Shown here piece after piece: positions 37,370 through 49,254 of a stretch of 64,000 nucleotides of DNA. The position numbers were made by a program, and so were the translations under genes. How positions within the stretch are numbered: position 1 is the stretch's first letter; each line of letters begins with the position of its first letter. The stretch covers positions 26,290,001-26,354,000 of the forward strand of contig CM097885.1 of the NCBI GenBank assembly GCA_044892525.1. The letters are read 5' to 3'. This DNA is from Schmidtea polychroa. Taxonomy: Eukaryota. Under the pieces are notes generated by a model. The model saw only the letters and a program-made list of their open reading frames with translations. It was not told the DNA's origin and did not search any database.

Positions 37370-37966
37370 ATGGAAGAAGTAAGAGAAGAAAAAATTTACC
37401 CAGAATTGAGATCATCAGGATATTATTCTTCCAAGGCCTCGGCTCCCACAGAACTTGAAATTATGAGAGTAAAAGAATTTAAATCAGAAACCTTACATTT
37501 ACAAGATTTATTAAAGCATTATAAAAAAATTAAAAATAGATGGAATAAAGGGAATACAGTTTTAAAAGTTATAGGTTATTCTTTAGGATTTGCATCTGCA
37601 ATATTAACAGTTATTTTACCCATAACTTTACCAGTTGTTACTCTTGCACCTGTAATACTTGGAAGTATTTCTGTGGCTGATGGTTTCTTAACTGAAATAG
37701 TTTCATTATCTTATACTTCTAAAAAGAAAAGTTTATATAGAGAAGTTTGTTTATCAATAGAATTAGGAATCTCTAAATTATTTTTATTTCAATTAAAAGC
37801 TTTGGAAGATGGAATCCTGACAGACGAAGAAATAATGAAATCAAATCAAATAATACAAGATATAAAGAATGAGGTTATAAGATTAAAAAGGGAGGGCATG
37901 GTGGCTAATGTTATAAGTAATAAAAAAACATCTCGAGAAAAATGGTTAAAGAATTCTTACTTATAA
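37370..37966 (+). CDS. Two-helix membrane protein of Polinton-type elements
   Basis: N-terminal IYPEL, hydrophobic hairpin (aa ~64-112), KALEDGILTDEE C-terminal motif. Confidence 0.65.
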   Translation: MEEVREEKIYPELRSSGYYSSKASAPTELEIMRVKEFKSETLHLQDLLKHYKKIKNRWNKGNTVLKVIGYSLGFASAILTVILPITLPVVTLAPVILGSISVADGFLTEIVSLSYTSKKKSLYREVCLSIELGISKLFLFQLKALEDGILTDEEIMKSNQIIQDIKNEVIRLKREGMVANVISNKKTSREKWLKNSYL

Positions 37967-38207
37967 AATGGGTGTATTTTTAAAAAAGTAGATCAGGTTG
38001 CTATAGTTGCTTAAATTAATTGTCGACATTTTATTATTAAAAAATTAAATATCGTTGGTTTCAGTTATGGTTGAAAGCCAACCTATGAATCATTAATTTA
38101 TGATCTTTAAATTCTTTATCACTTAGACCTTTTATATATTCAGGATCAGTATTAAAATATTTAAGTTCTAAACATATAGGATTAAAAACTTGAGAATATA
38201 AAGGTTT

Positions 38208-41200
38208 CTAGATTTCTCTCTCGGGATAAATAATTTCAACATTATAAATATCAAGATCAGTAATCTTTGTATCATATAACTTATTCAACTTTTCTAGATT
38301 TTTTATTATAGGGATTAAATTATTTCCAATAGGTAGAGTTGTCTTTAAATCACTTAGTATGAATCTCTTATCATCATAATTTGATAATGATACTTTTTGA
38401 GATTCTATCAAGTGAATATCATGGTTTTCACTTTTAAGTTGATGTAGTTCATCAATTTTATCTTTATGATTTGGATTGAATGTATCTATATAATCTTGAT
38501 GAGAAAGATTCTTTGCCACCACTCTCTGTATTCCTTTACATCTGTTATCCTTTACAGGTTTTTCTTCTTTAGGAAATATAGGATATCTATGTGTAATGGT
38601 TTCTTCTGTTTCTGGAGTTTTAAATATAAATGATCTAGTTATAAATTCAGGGTTTCTAAATGTTTCGTATGAATATTGTTTAGCACGAATAAATATTCCA
38701 TTTTCTATAGGAGTAAAAGGTTTTTCATCTTTAAACGAAAATAGTTCTCCAGATGAATTTATTAAATTTGAAAGTATAGGATTTTCTTTCATATCTTTTT
38801 GTAAATCATGAGTTCTTATTGTTAAAAACATTGAATCTGTATCCATTGCATGCATTGATATATTTGCTCCGTATATAGGTTGTAAGATGTTATAATATGT
38901 TTCATACATTTGTAATTTTGAAAGTTCTAAAATTGTAAACCCTATAAATATTGGTTTGTTATATGTTTTCTCATAATTTTTTAATTCTACTGCAGTAAGA
39001 TTTTCAGAAAATACTTGTGCGTTTTTAAATGTAGGCTTTCCTAGCATGCGATTATAACGCTTAATATCTTTGGTAGTATTTGTTAGGAGTTCAATATGAG
39101 TATATTTATCAACATTCTCCATTGTTTTCCCAAAGACTGAATTGTTTAAAATTTTATAATTATTATCTTTAAAAAGATTACCTTCTCTTTTTGCAATGTT
39201 TCGGCACCTAATGTTCTCCTCGATAAAAGCTTTCATGAATGGAGCTTGTTTAAATCTTATGACACTATGAACTTTTTTTAATATCATTCCTCGTGAAAGA
39301 TAAAATTGGAGGAGTCTATAGTGACAAAGATAAAACCTTCGATCTGTTTGATCACAAAGAAGTTTCATTGTTGGAGGTTTATCTTGTGAGATTTGCCATT
39401 CAGAAAGTTCGTTGATATCAATCTTTCTTCTTATGGGAGCTAAAGGAAAATATCTTGTTCCTGATTTTATATCATCTGGATAGTCGAGGTCGCATTCTAT
39501 AAAGTAACCTATTGGAGAATCTTTCGATGTTGAAAGTATTTCTTTCATAAGGTCATCTGTTGGGTTCTCTATTTCAGTGAAATCACCCATTGGTAAAAAT
39601 TGAGTCATAATTCCTGAATATAAAGCTGTTGCATCTATATAAAGTATAAATATAGGATTTTTCATTGTTTCTAATAATTCTTTTAATTCCTCATTGTTAA
39701 TTTTCATATATGGGTCATCAGGGTGTTTAGATAGTCTTCGGCTAGTAGTTATTGCATTTCTAGCTTTTATTTCTCTATTCCCCATTACTGAAGAGACTCC
39801 TCCTCTAATGTTTGTTTTAATTTGGTTAAACATATCGAGGTTAGTTAAAAGATCTATAATTTTATCACCTTCTTCTATATTTGAAGTCCAAATGGTATAT
39901 AACATAGTATCCCAAGCTAAAGAGGGTGCAGTTATATAATTATAAGGTTTAAGAACAAAAGATTTTGTAAATTCTTCAAAGCAATCTGCTAGAATATAAA
40001 CATCCAAGGATAAATATATACTTGTATATTCTCCTAAAGTTTTACACTTGAATAATTCCCACATTTTATTTGCTCGAGAATATTCTTGATTTGAAATATG
40101 ATTTTTTTGAAGTTGTGAATAGAAATCTTCTTGGCTAGGAAGACTTGTTTCATTATATCTTTCAAACGAGTCAACATAGTCATAAGGATATATTCCTTTT
40201 GCTAAACATGTAGGATATTCTTCTAGAGGAATATTATTTTTTTCCAAGAATTCTCGAGTGATTTTAAAATTTTCTGGTTTCATTGTTTTTGCTACTGCAT
40301 CTAAAGACATTTGGAGAAAGTTTAACGAGTCTATAAATTTTAATTTTCCATATTCAATTGATTTATATTTTTCCTTTGTTAAGCCGATAACTTTGAAAGA
40401 GTTTTTAGCATTTGCTGCGAGGTGTTTAATAAATAGATGTATGTCATATCCAAAAAGATTATGAAATATAACAGGTATAAATTTAGGAGTATGGCAATTA
40501 AGATTGCAATTTTTATGAGCTGCTCCTCGATAATTATTTTCCTTTTTTAAATGATCATGATCTATAACTTTTTCATCAGGAAGAATATTCTGTCTACACA
40601 TCCAACAGTTGGAAGTATTTTCATATTCTTGTTGTTGTTGATTAGAAATATTTTGAGGATACTTTGTTTTTAATATTTTAAATATTTCATGTTCTAGATC
40701 ATTTATATTTTTAGTAAAATGATTCAAGACTTCTTCAGGGGTACCTCCTAGAATTGAATATTCTCTAGATTCTATGAGTTCAGGATAATTACTTTTAAAT
40801 AATAATTTATAAGCAGATGGTAATTGTTTAGTTTTTTTAACACTATTAGGTTTATTTCTTTTTCTTAGAAAGGCTTTCATCCTCTCTGGTTTCATCTTCT
40901 CTCCTGAGGAGTTCCATAAATCCATGAGTTTATTTTTTTCTATTATTTTTAAATATTGATAAACCAAATCTTGTTTATGGTTTATAGATTCAAAGTCACC
41001 ATAAAGAACTCCAACTGTTTGTAGTAAATTTGAAAAGTTTTTAAAATACATCTTGGGATTATTAGGCATTTTAATTAAAGCTGGATCATCTTTTTCACAA
41101 AATCTTGTATGTTTAATCATAGAGTTTTTAGTTGTTGAATAATGAAGACATCTTTTACATGTTCCTCCTCCACTAGTTGGATTCTCTGGAGATGTAAAAG

Positions 41201-42380
41201 CTTGAAAGTTTTTTATTAAAACATAATGTTGATTATTTTCTTGTTCCAAGATTAAAAGATATATCTCGTTGTCCTGTGCTCCGTTATCCTTGGTTCCACT
41301 ATCTGAAATATAAATTGGAATAATTTCTTTCCCTATAACATGTTCATAAATATTAAGTTTAAGATTATTTAATTTTTCAAATTCTGGAATGTCTTCTAGT
41401 TTCATTGGGTGTTTGAATCCTTTGGGAAATATTAATTCATTTTCATATTGTTTGTATTTTGAAACTCTTTGGGGATTTGTTGCTTGAGGATGTAAATGTG
41501 CAAGTATTGACCAGATGAAACATTTGTTATCATTATTCTGTACATTTATAACATTTTTAGATTTAAAGGGTGTAGGAATATAAGATTTAGGATTGGGTGG
41601 TAATCCTCTCCAATAATCAATCACTAAAGTTTGGAAAGAGTTGAATACTAAGTTTGAATCTCCTAATTCATTTTCTACTTCCTCTTGTTTTGCTTCTGCT
41701 GCTTTAATTATTTCTTTGATGGTTTTATCAAATCCTTTAATTGAAAATAAATATTTAAAAGGTATTCCAATTTCAACATCTAAGGGTGTTGTCTTTTCTT
41801 CTGCTCCTCGCCAGTATTTTGCTTTGATTATAATTTTATATTTTATAACATTATACCTTGTCGGTTTATAATTTTTTAAAGCTTCAGTGAAAGAATTTTT
41901 AATATTTTTTTTATTTTTATTTATATATTCTCCAGGAGTTGCAGGCCCATTAATTTTTAATTGAAATTCATCTATATGATTAAAATTATCCCAGTTATAT
42001 TTTTCTCTTTCAACATGATCAGGCTCTCCTTCTGAATGACATTCCTCATCGTCAGAATTTTGTTTTTTATTTTTACATTCTTTTATATGTTCTAAATAAT
42101 AGAAATTTAGTTTTGTTGAAAAGTTACAATGAGGACATGTAAATATTTCTCTATTTTTCCCGATACAATTTTCAAAATGTTTATTATATCCAGAATGTAG
42201 AAATCTTCCTTTACATTTAAGACAAAGTTTTGAATTTGTATCATTAAGATTGTTTTCTTTTAATAAATGAGCTTTCGATTTTAAGTGAGAAATTAATCCA
42301 GTTTTATTTTTAAAAACTTTATTGCAAATATTACAATTCATTTTTAGAAAAAAATTTTTTATTGGATACCCTGTTTTCAT
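38208..42380 (-). CDS. polB: Protein-primed family B DNA polymerase with N-terminal Zn fingers, OTU-like protease domain and endonuclease VII-like insert
   Basis: Exonuclease motifs YGDFES, FHNLFGYD, YLSLDV; KGIYPY; polymerase motifs YIDATALYS, KILNNSVFGK, MDTDS; EndoVII CWMC..DHDH..YRGAAHKNCN; OTU-like NDNKCF...HYVLI. Confidence 0.96.
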   Translation of the reverse strand: MKTGYPIKNFFLKMNCNICNKVFKNKTGLISHLKSKAHLLKENNLNDTNSKLCLKCKGRFLHSGYNKHFENCIGKNREIFTCPHCNFSTKLNFYYLEHIKECKNKKQNSDDEECHSEGEPDHVEREKYNWDNFNHIDEFQLKINGPATPGEYINKNKKNIKNSFTEALKNYKPTRYNVIKYKIIIKAKYWRGAEEKTTPLDVEIGIPFKYLFSIKGFDKTIKEIIKAAEAKQEEVENELGDSNLVFNSFQTLVIDYWRGLPPNPKSYIPTPFKSKNVINVQNNDNKCFIWSILAHLHPQATNPQRVSKYKQYENELIFPKGFKHPMKLEDIPEFEKLNNLKLNIYEHVIGKEIIPIYISDSGTKDNGAQDNEIYLLILEQENNQHYVLIKNFQAFTSPENPTSGGGTCKRCLHYSTTKNSMIKHTRFCEKDDPALIKMPNNPKMYFKNFSNLLQTVGVLYGDFESINHKQDLVYQYLKIIEKNKLMDLWNSSGEKMKPERMKAFLRKRNKPNSVKKTKQLPSAYKLLFKSNYPELIESREYSILGGTPEEVLNHFTKNINDLEHEIFKILKTKYPQNISNQQQQEYENTSNCWMCRQNILPDEKVIDHDHLKKENNYRGAAHKNCNLNCHTPKFIPVIFHNLFGYDIHLFIKHLAANAKNSFKVIGLTKEKYKSIEYGKLKFIDSLNFLQMSLDAVAKTMKPENFKITREFLEKNNIPLEEYPTCLAKGIYPYDYVDSFERYNETSLPSQEDFYSQLQKNHISNQEYSRANKMWELFKCKTLGEYTSIYLSLDVYILADCFEEFTKSFVLKPYNYITAPSLAWDTMLYTIWTSNIEEGDKIIDLLTNLDMFNQIKTNIRGGVSSVMGNREIKARNAITTSRRLSKHPDDPYMKINNEELKELLETMKNPIFILYIDATALYSGIMTQFLPMGDFTEIENPTDDLMKEILSTSKDSPIGYFIECDLDYPDDIKSGTRYFPLAPIRRKIDINELSEWQISQDKPPTMKLLCDQTDRRFYLCHYRLLQFYLSRGMILKKVHSVIRFKQAPFMKAFIEENIRCRNIAKREGNLFKDNNYKILNNSVFGKTMENVDKYTHIELLTNTTKDIKRYNRMLGKPTFKNAQVFSENLTAVELKNYEKTYNKPIFIGFTILELSKLQMYETYYNILQPIYGANISMHAMDTDSMFLTIRTHDLQKDMKENPILSNLINSSGELFSFKDEKPFTPIENGIFIRAKQYSYETFRNPEFITRSFIFKTPETEETITHRYPIFPKEEKPVKDNRCKGIQRVVAKNLSHQDYIDTFNPNHKDKIDELHQLKSENHDIHLIESQKVSLSNYDDKRFILSDLKTTLPIGNNLIPIIKNLEKLNKLYDTKITDLDIYNVEIIYPEREI

Positions 42381-42425
42381 TTTATTTTTTAAGATTTATA
42401 TTATTCATTTTTTATAATAAAAATT

Positions 42426-42628
42426 TAAAAAATGACAAAAAATCCAAACCTTGATGGCGCAGTGGGCTAGACTGACACAGTGGTTCAAAATGATAGCGGT
42501 TCAAATCACATCTGAGGTTAGTTTTTTTTTCAACATAAAATAATATTGAAAATAGTGTGGGTATCTTATATTTATAAAGTACTTGTATATTTTATTTTAT
42601 TTTATTTTATTTTTTTATATTTTTTTAT
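42426..42628 (-). repeat. Residual right terminal inverted repeat
   Basis: Reverse complement of 29000-29232; joins satellite at AGCTTCAAACAT (42629). Confidence 0.9.
42447..42520 (+). ncRNA. tRNA-like Pol III unit (right-TIR copy of unit 1)
   Basis: A box TGGCGCAGTGG and B box GGTTCAAATC retained, followed by G + T9. Confidence 0.55.
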
Positions 42629-42781
42629 AGCTTCAAACATCATACAATCATAAGTACCCATAGAAATAACAGCAAGTTTGAAATAGGTCTACAAAAGGGC
42701 GATATCTGGATTTATGACTTCCCAGAAGGCATTTTTGTGAAGGTTTTCATCGGGAATTTCAAATTGATATCAATAATCAGA

Positions 42782-43072
42782 TATAAGGAATGGATGTTCT
42801 TAAGGCCTAAATGCTATAGCCTTTTGAGTGATAAAGAGAGCAACAAGGCTAAGGGAATAACATTGAAGGTTACCGACTTAAAACATCAATCGTAACTTGA
42901 TTGTTATCATAATAATTCGATGATTTCAATACCACAATCTCGAATAGTAAGTAATAATCATCAGTTATTTACAAAAAAATATATAAAATTAGCCCTAACT
43001 ATTCTTGATGATAATAGGCATTGGGTAAATAAAAATGAAAGTTTAGCATATGGTCATTATGAAATAGTTAAC
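42782..43072 (+). pseudogene. pPolB C-terminal fragment forming the satellite core (representative copy)
   Basis: YKEWMFLRPKCYSLLSDKESNKAKGITLKVTDLKHQS*LDCYHNNSMISIPQSRIVSNNHQLFTKKYIKLALTILDDNRHWVNKNESLAYGHYEIVN; single in-frame TAA at 42893. Confidence 0.85.
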
Positions 43073-46000
43073 ATTTTTGTGAAGGTTTTCATCGGGAATT
43101 TCAAATTGATATCAATAATCACAGTTCACAATCAATAGGTTACACTTTCATCTAAATCCTACGGTGAGAATGATTCTTCGTACTTAAATAATGGGATAAC
43201 AATAAGGAACCCATGTCTTCAGGGACAACAGAAGATATCTTAGAGTTTTATCTAGTCAAATGGAAGATCTTGATATATACAAAATACGAAATCATTCTCA
43301 CTACTAGAGCACCCTCGACAATGGTAAAGAGCTTCAAACAACATACAATCATAAATATCCATAGAAATAACAGCAAGTTTTATATAGGTCTACAAAAGGG
43401 CGATTTATGATTTCCCAGAAGGCATTTTTGTGAAGGTTTTCATCGGGAATTTCAAATTGATATCAATAATCAGATATAAGGAATGGGTGTTCTTAAGGCC
43501 TAAATGCTATAGCCTTTTGAGTGACAAAGAGAGCAACAAGGCTAAGGGAATAACATTGAAGGTTACCGACTTAAAACATCAATCGTAACTTGATTGTTAT
43601 CATAATAATTCGATGATTTCAATACCACAATCTCGAATAGTAAGTAAAAATCATCAGTAATTTACAAAAAATATATAAAATTAGCCCTAGGCATTGGGTA
43701 AATAAAAATGAAAGTTTAGCATATGGTCATTATGAAATAGTTAACACGGATATGGGTAATAGTAACAATGCTGAAGTTAATGATCCGGACGAAGATAATA
43801 ATCATTATGTTAATCCACATTTCCCAAATGATGATTATGGCCACTCACACTTTCCATATGAAAAGGAACATCAATATGTACTTGAATGAATTTTGAATTA
43901 AAATAAAATTTATTTAATATAATTATTGTTTTAGTTCTTACTTGTATCATTTGCATTTTATCTTGTTATTGTAAAGTATCCTTTAGACTATTTTATTGTG
44001 AAATAGTCAAAGTTTTTATTGTTGTGAACAATTTAGTTATTAAAAGGTTTTATCATTATTATTATTATACAATTATTCAACAGATATCTTAGGTTTTTAT
44101 CTAGTCAAATGGAAGATCTTGATATATACAACATACGAAATCATTCTCACTACTAGAACATAAAATAAAGCACCCTCGAAAATGGTAAAGAGCTTCAAAC
44201 ATCATACAATCATAAATATACATAGAAATAACAGCAAGTTTGAAATAGGTCTCCAAAAAGGCGATATCTGGATTTATGATTTCCCAGAAGGCATTTTTGT
44301 GAAGGTTTTCATCGGGAATTTCAAATTGATATCAATAATCAGATATAAGCAATGGATGTTCTTAAGGCCTAAATGTATAGCCTTTTGAGTGATAAATAGA
44401 GCAACAAGGCTAGGGGAATAACATTGAACGTTACCGACTTAAAACATCAATCGTAACTTGATTGTTATCATAATAATTCGATGATTTCAATACCACAATC
44501 TCGAATAGTAAGTAATAATCATCAGTTATTTACAAAAAAATATATAAAATTAGCCCTAACTATTCTTGATGATAATAGGCATTGGGTAAATAAAAATGAA
44601 AGTTTAGCATATGGTCATTATGAAATAGTTAACATTTTTGTGAAGGTTTTCATGGGGAATTTCAAATTGATATATATCATTTTATTGTTTTATTATTATT
44701 ATTATTCCAGCTGAATTATCTCTACGCCGGCTTTCTCTATAAGCTTCGGCATTTCCGTTTTTGGTTTATCATCATGGATTTCAAGGCCCCAAATTTCTTT
44801 GTACAACATATACAACATACGAAATAATTCTCACTACTAGAACATAAAATAAAGCACCCTCGACCATGGTAAAGAGCTTCATTGTCGATAAATATCCATA
44901 GAAATAACAACAAGTTTGAAATAGGTCTACAAAAGGGCGATATCTGGATTTATGACTTACCAGAAAGCATTTTCGTGAAGGTTTTCCTCGGGAATTTCAA
45001 ATTGATATCAATAATCACAGTTCACAATCAACAGGTTACACTTTCATCTAAATCCTACGGTGAGAATGATTCTTCGTACTTAAATAATGGGATAACAATA
45101 AGGAACCCATATCTTCAGGGACAACAGAAGATATCTTAGAGTTTTATCTAGTCAAATGGAAGATCTTGATATATACAACATACGAAATCATTCTCTTAAA
45201 AACTTAAAACATTAATTGTAACTTGATTGTTATCATAATAATTCGATGATTTCAATACCACAATCTCGAATAGTAAGTAATAATCATCAGTTATTTACAA
45301 AAAAATATATAAAATTAGCCCTAACTATTCTTGATGATAATAGGCATTGGGTAAATAAAAATGAAAGTTTAGCATATGGTCATTATGAAATAGTTAACAT
45401 TTTTGTGAAGGTTTTCATCGGGAATTTCAAATTGATATCAATAATCACAGTTCACAATCAATAGGTTACACTTTCATCTAAATCCTACGGTGAGAATGAT
45501 TCTTCGTACTTAAATAATGGGATAACAATAAGGAACCCATGTCTTCAGGGACAACAGAAGATATCTTAGAGTTTTATCTAGTCAAATGGAAGATCTTGAT
45601 ATATACAACATACGAAATCATTCTCACTACTAGAGCACCCTCGACAATGGTAAAGAGCTTCAAACATCATACAATCATAAATATCCATAGAAATAACAGC
45701 AAGTTTGAAATAGGTCTACAAAAGGGCGATATCTGGATTTATGACTTCCAAGAAGGCATTTTTGTGAAGGTTTTCATCGGGAATTTCAAATTGATATCAA
45801 TAATCAGATATAAGGAATGGGTGTTCTTAAGGCCTAAATGCTATAGCCTTTTGAGTGATAAAGAGAGCAACAAGGCTAAGGGAATAACATTGAAGGTTAC
45901 CGACTTAAAACATCAATCGTAACTTGATTGTTATCATAATAATTCGATGATTTCAATACCACAATCTCGAATAGTAAGTAAAAATCATCAGTAATTTACA

Positions 46001-46323
46001 AAAAAATATATAAAATTAGCCCTAGGCATTGGGTAAATAAAAATGAAAGTTTAGCATATGGTCATTATGAAATAGTTAACACGGATATGGGTAATAGTAA
46101 CAATGCTGAAGTTAATGATCCGGACGAAGATAATAATCAATATGTTAATCCACATTTCCCAAATGATGATTATGGCCACTCACACTTTCCATATGAAAAG
46201 GAACATCAATATGTACTTGAATGAATTTTGAATTAAAATAAAATTTATTTAATATAATTATTGTTTTAGTTCTTACTTGTATCATTTGCATTTTATGTTG
46301 TTATTGTAAAGTATCCTTTAGAC

Positions 46324-46496
46324 CAGTGTTTCTCAAACTATGGGTCGCGATGACTTATGGAAAGATCTACAAATATAAATTTTGGAAGTTTAAGCCTTTT
46401 AAATTTATTTAATCTTTGTCATGTGGGTCGCAATAAAATTTTTGGCATGAAATGTCAAAAATTTGGGTCGTGATCAAAAAAGTTTGAGAACCACTG
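46324..46496. mobile_element. 173-bp hAT (Charlie-type) MITE, copy 1
   Basis: TIRs CAGTGTTTCTCAAACT / AGTTTGAGAACCACTG; 8-bp TSD CTTTAGAC; empty site present in other monomers. Confidence 0.95.
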
Positions 46497-49033
46497 CTTT
46501 AGACTATTTTATTGTGAAATAGTCAAAGTTTTTATTGTTGTGAACAATTTAGTTATTAAAAGGTTTTATCATTATTATTATTATACAATTATTCAACAGA
46601 TATCTTAGGTTTTTATCTAGTCAAATGGAAGATCTTGATATATACAACATCCGAAATCATTCTCACTACTAGAACACAAAATAAAACACCTTCGACAATG
46701 GTAAAGAGCTTCTCTCAAATTTGGTCATAATTTTTTTATAATGATATTTAATGATGAAATTATTAGTATTTTTTAATGATATTTAAATTTTTATAATGAT
46801 CTTAAGAGTAAAAATATTTTGAAATAAATATAAGGGGAAATCCCTCGCAAAAATTTGGTTTTTTGGTTTATCATCATGGATTTCAAGGGCCCAAATTTCT
46901 TTTTACAACATATACAACATACGAAATCATTCTCAGTACTAGAACACAAAATGAAACACCCTCGACAATGGTAAAGAGCTTCAAATCTCAGACAATCATA
47001 ATTATCCATAGAAATAACAACAACTTTGAAATAGGTCTACGAAAGTGCGATATCTCAATTTATGTTTTCCCTGATGAAAATTTATTATGACATAATTCGA
47101 ATAAAGCAAAAGAATTTCAAATTGATATCAATAATCACAGTTCACAATCATCAAAATACTCCGGTGAGAATGATCCTTCGTACTTTAAAATTGGGATAAC
47201 AATAAGCAACCCATATCTTCATGGACAACAGAAGATATCTTAGAGTTTTATCTAGTCAAAGGGAAGATCTTGATATATACAAAATCCGAAATCATTCTCA
47301 CTACTAGAGCACCCTCGACAATGGTAAAGAGCTTCAAACATCATACAATCATAAATATCCATAGAAATAACAGCAAGTTTGAAATAGGTCTACAAAAGGG
47401 CGATATCTGGATTTATGATTTCCCAGAAGGCATTTTTGTGAAGGTTTTCATCGGGAATTTCAAATTGATATCAATAATCAGATATAAGGAATAGGTGTTC
47501 TTAAGGCCTAAATGCTATAGCATTTTGAGTGACAAAGAGAGCAACAAGGCTAGGGGAATAACATTGAACGTTACCGACTTAAAACATCAATCGTAATTTG
47601 ATTGTTATCATAATAATTCGATGATTTCAATACCACAATCTCGAATAGTAAGTAATAATCATCAGTTATTTACAAAAAAATATATAAAATTAGCCCTAAC
47701 TATTCTTGATGATAATAGGCATTGGGTAAATAAAAATGAAAGTTTAGCATATGGTCATTATGAAATAGTTAACATTTTTGTGAAGGTTTTCATGGGGAAT
47801 TTCAAATTGATATATATCATTTTATTGTTTTATTATTATTATTATTCCAGCTGAATTATCTCTACGCCGGCTTTCTCTATAAGCTTCGGCATTTCCGTTT
47901 TTGGTTTATCATCATGGATTTCAAGGCCCCAAATTTCTTTGTACAACATATACAACATACGAAATAATTCTCACTACTAGAACATAAAATAAAGCACCCT
48001 CGACCATGGTAAAGAGCTTCATTGTCGATAAATATCCATAGAAATAACAAAAAGTTTGAAATAGGTCTACAAAAGGGCGATATCTGGATTTATGACTTAC
48101 CAGAAAGCATTTTCGTGAAGGTTTTCCTCGGGAATTTCAAATTGATATCAATAATCACAGTTCACAATCAACAGGTTACACTTTCATCTAAATCCTACGG
48201 TGAGAATGATTCTTCGTACTTAAATAATGGGATAACAATAAGGAACCCATATCTTCAGGGACAACAGAAGATATCTTAGAGTTTTATCTAGTCAAATGGA
48301 AGATCTTGATATATACAACATACGAAATCATTCTCACTACTAGAGCACCCTCGACAATGGTAAAGAGCTTCAAACATCATACAATCATAAATATCCATAG
48401 AAATAACAGCAAGTTTGAAATAGGTCTACAAAAGGGCGATATCTGGATTTATGACTTCCAAGAAGGCATTTTTGTGAAGGTTTTCATCGGGAATTTCAAA
48501 TTGATATCAATAATCAGATATAAGGAAAGGATGTTCTTAAGGCCAAAATGCTATAGCCTTTTGAGTGATAAAGAGAGCAACAAGGCTAAGGGAATAACAT
48601 TGAAGGTTACCGACTTAAAACATCAATCGTAACTTGATTGTTATCATAATAATTCGATGATTTCAATACCACAATCTCCAATAGTAAGTAAAAATCATCA
48701 GTAATTTACAAAAATATATATAAAATTAGCCCTAGGCATTGGGTAAATAAAAATGAAAGTTTAGCATATGGTCATTATGAAATAGTTAACACGGATATGG
48801 GTAATAGTAACAATGCTGAAGTTAATGATCCGGACGAAGATAATAATCAATATGTTAATCCACATTTCCCAAATGATGATTATGGCCACTCACACTTTCC
48901 ATATGAAAAGGAACATCAATATGTACTTGAATGAATTTTGAATTAAAATAAAATTTATTTAATATAATTATTGTTTTAGTTCTTACTTGTATCATTTGCA
49001 TTTTATGTTGTTATTGTAAAGTATCCTTTAGAC

Positions 49034-49206
49034 CAGTGTTTCTCAAACTATGGGTCGCGATGACTTATGGAAAGATCTACAAATATAAATTTTGGAAGTT
49101 TAAGCCTTTTAAATTTATTTAATCTTTGTCATGTGGGTCGCAATAAAATTTTTGGCATGAAATGTCAAAAATTTGGGTCGTGATCAAAAAAGTTTGAGAA
49201 CCACTG
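49034..49206. mobile_element. 173-bp hAT MITE, copy 2
   Basis: Same sequence and TSD. Confidence 0.95.
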
Positions 49207-49254
49207 CTTTAGACTATTTTATTGTGAAATAGTCAAAGTTTTTATTGTTGTGAA

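Larger units (their letters stand above)
28298..42628 (+). mobile_element. Polinton/Maverick (adintovirus-like endogenous virus), coding-complete, right terminus lost
   Basis: Full core set: pPolB, rve integrase, ATPase, adenain protease, MCP, penton. The left end AGAAGTAGT resembles Polinton (AGT)n termini and diverges from the empty satellite site (TTTTGAAATA|AATATAAGGGG at ~46826). Inverted repeat between 29000-29232 and 42426-42628. Confidence 0.95.

Noticed and set aside
38596..41871. Plus-strand ORFs inside pPolB (and antisense ORFs in integrase, PZ-like, fibre and hAT genes)
   Set aside because: Shadow frames opposite well-supported genes
46324..46496. MITE as a deletion derivative of the adjacent hAT element
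   Set aside because: TIRs differ (CAGTGTTTCTC vs TAGGGTTTTAC), so it belongs to another hAT family
47160..47240. GIY-YIG-like motif YFKIGITISNP in a satellite block
   Set aside because: Too short and lacking the other family motifs
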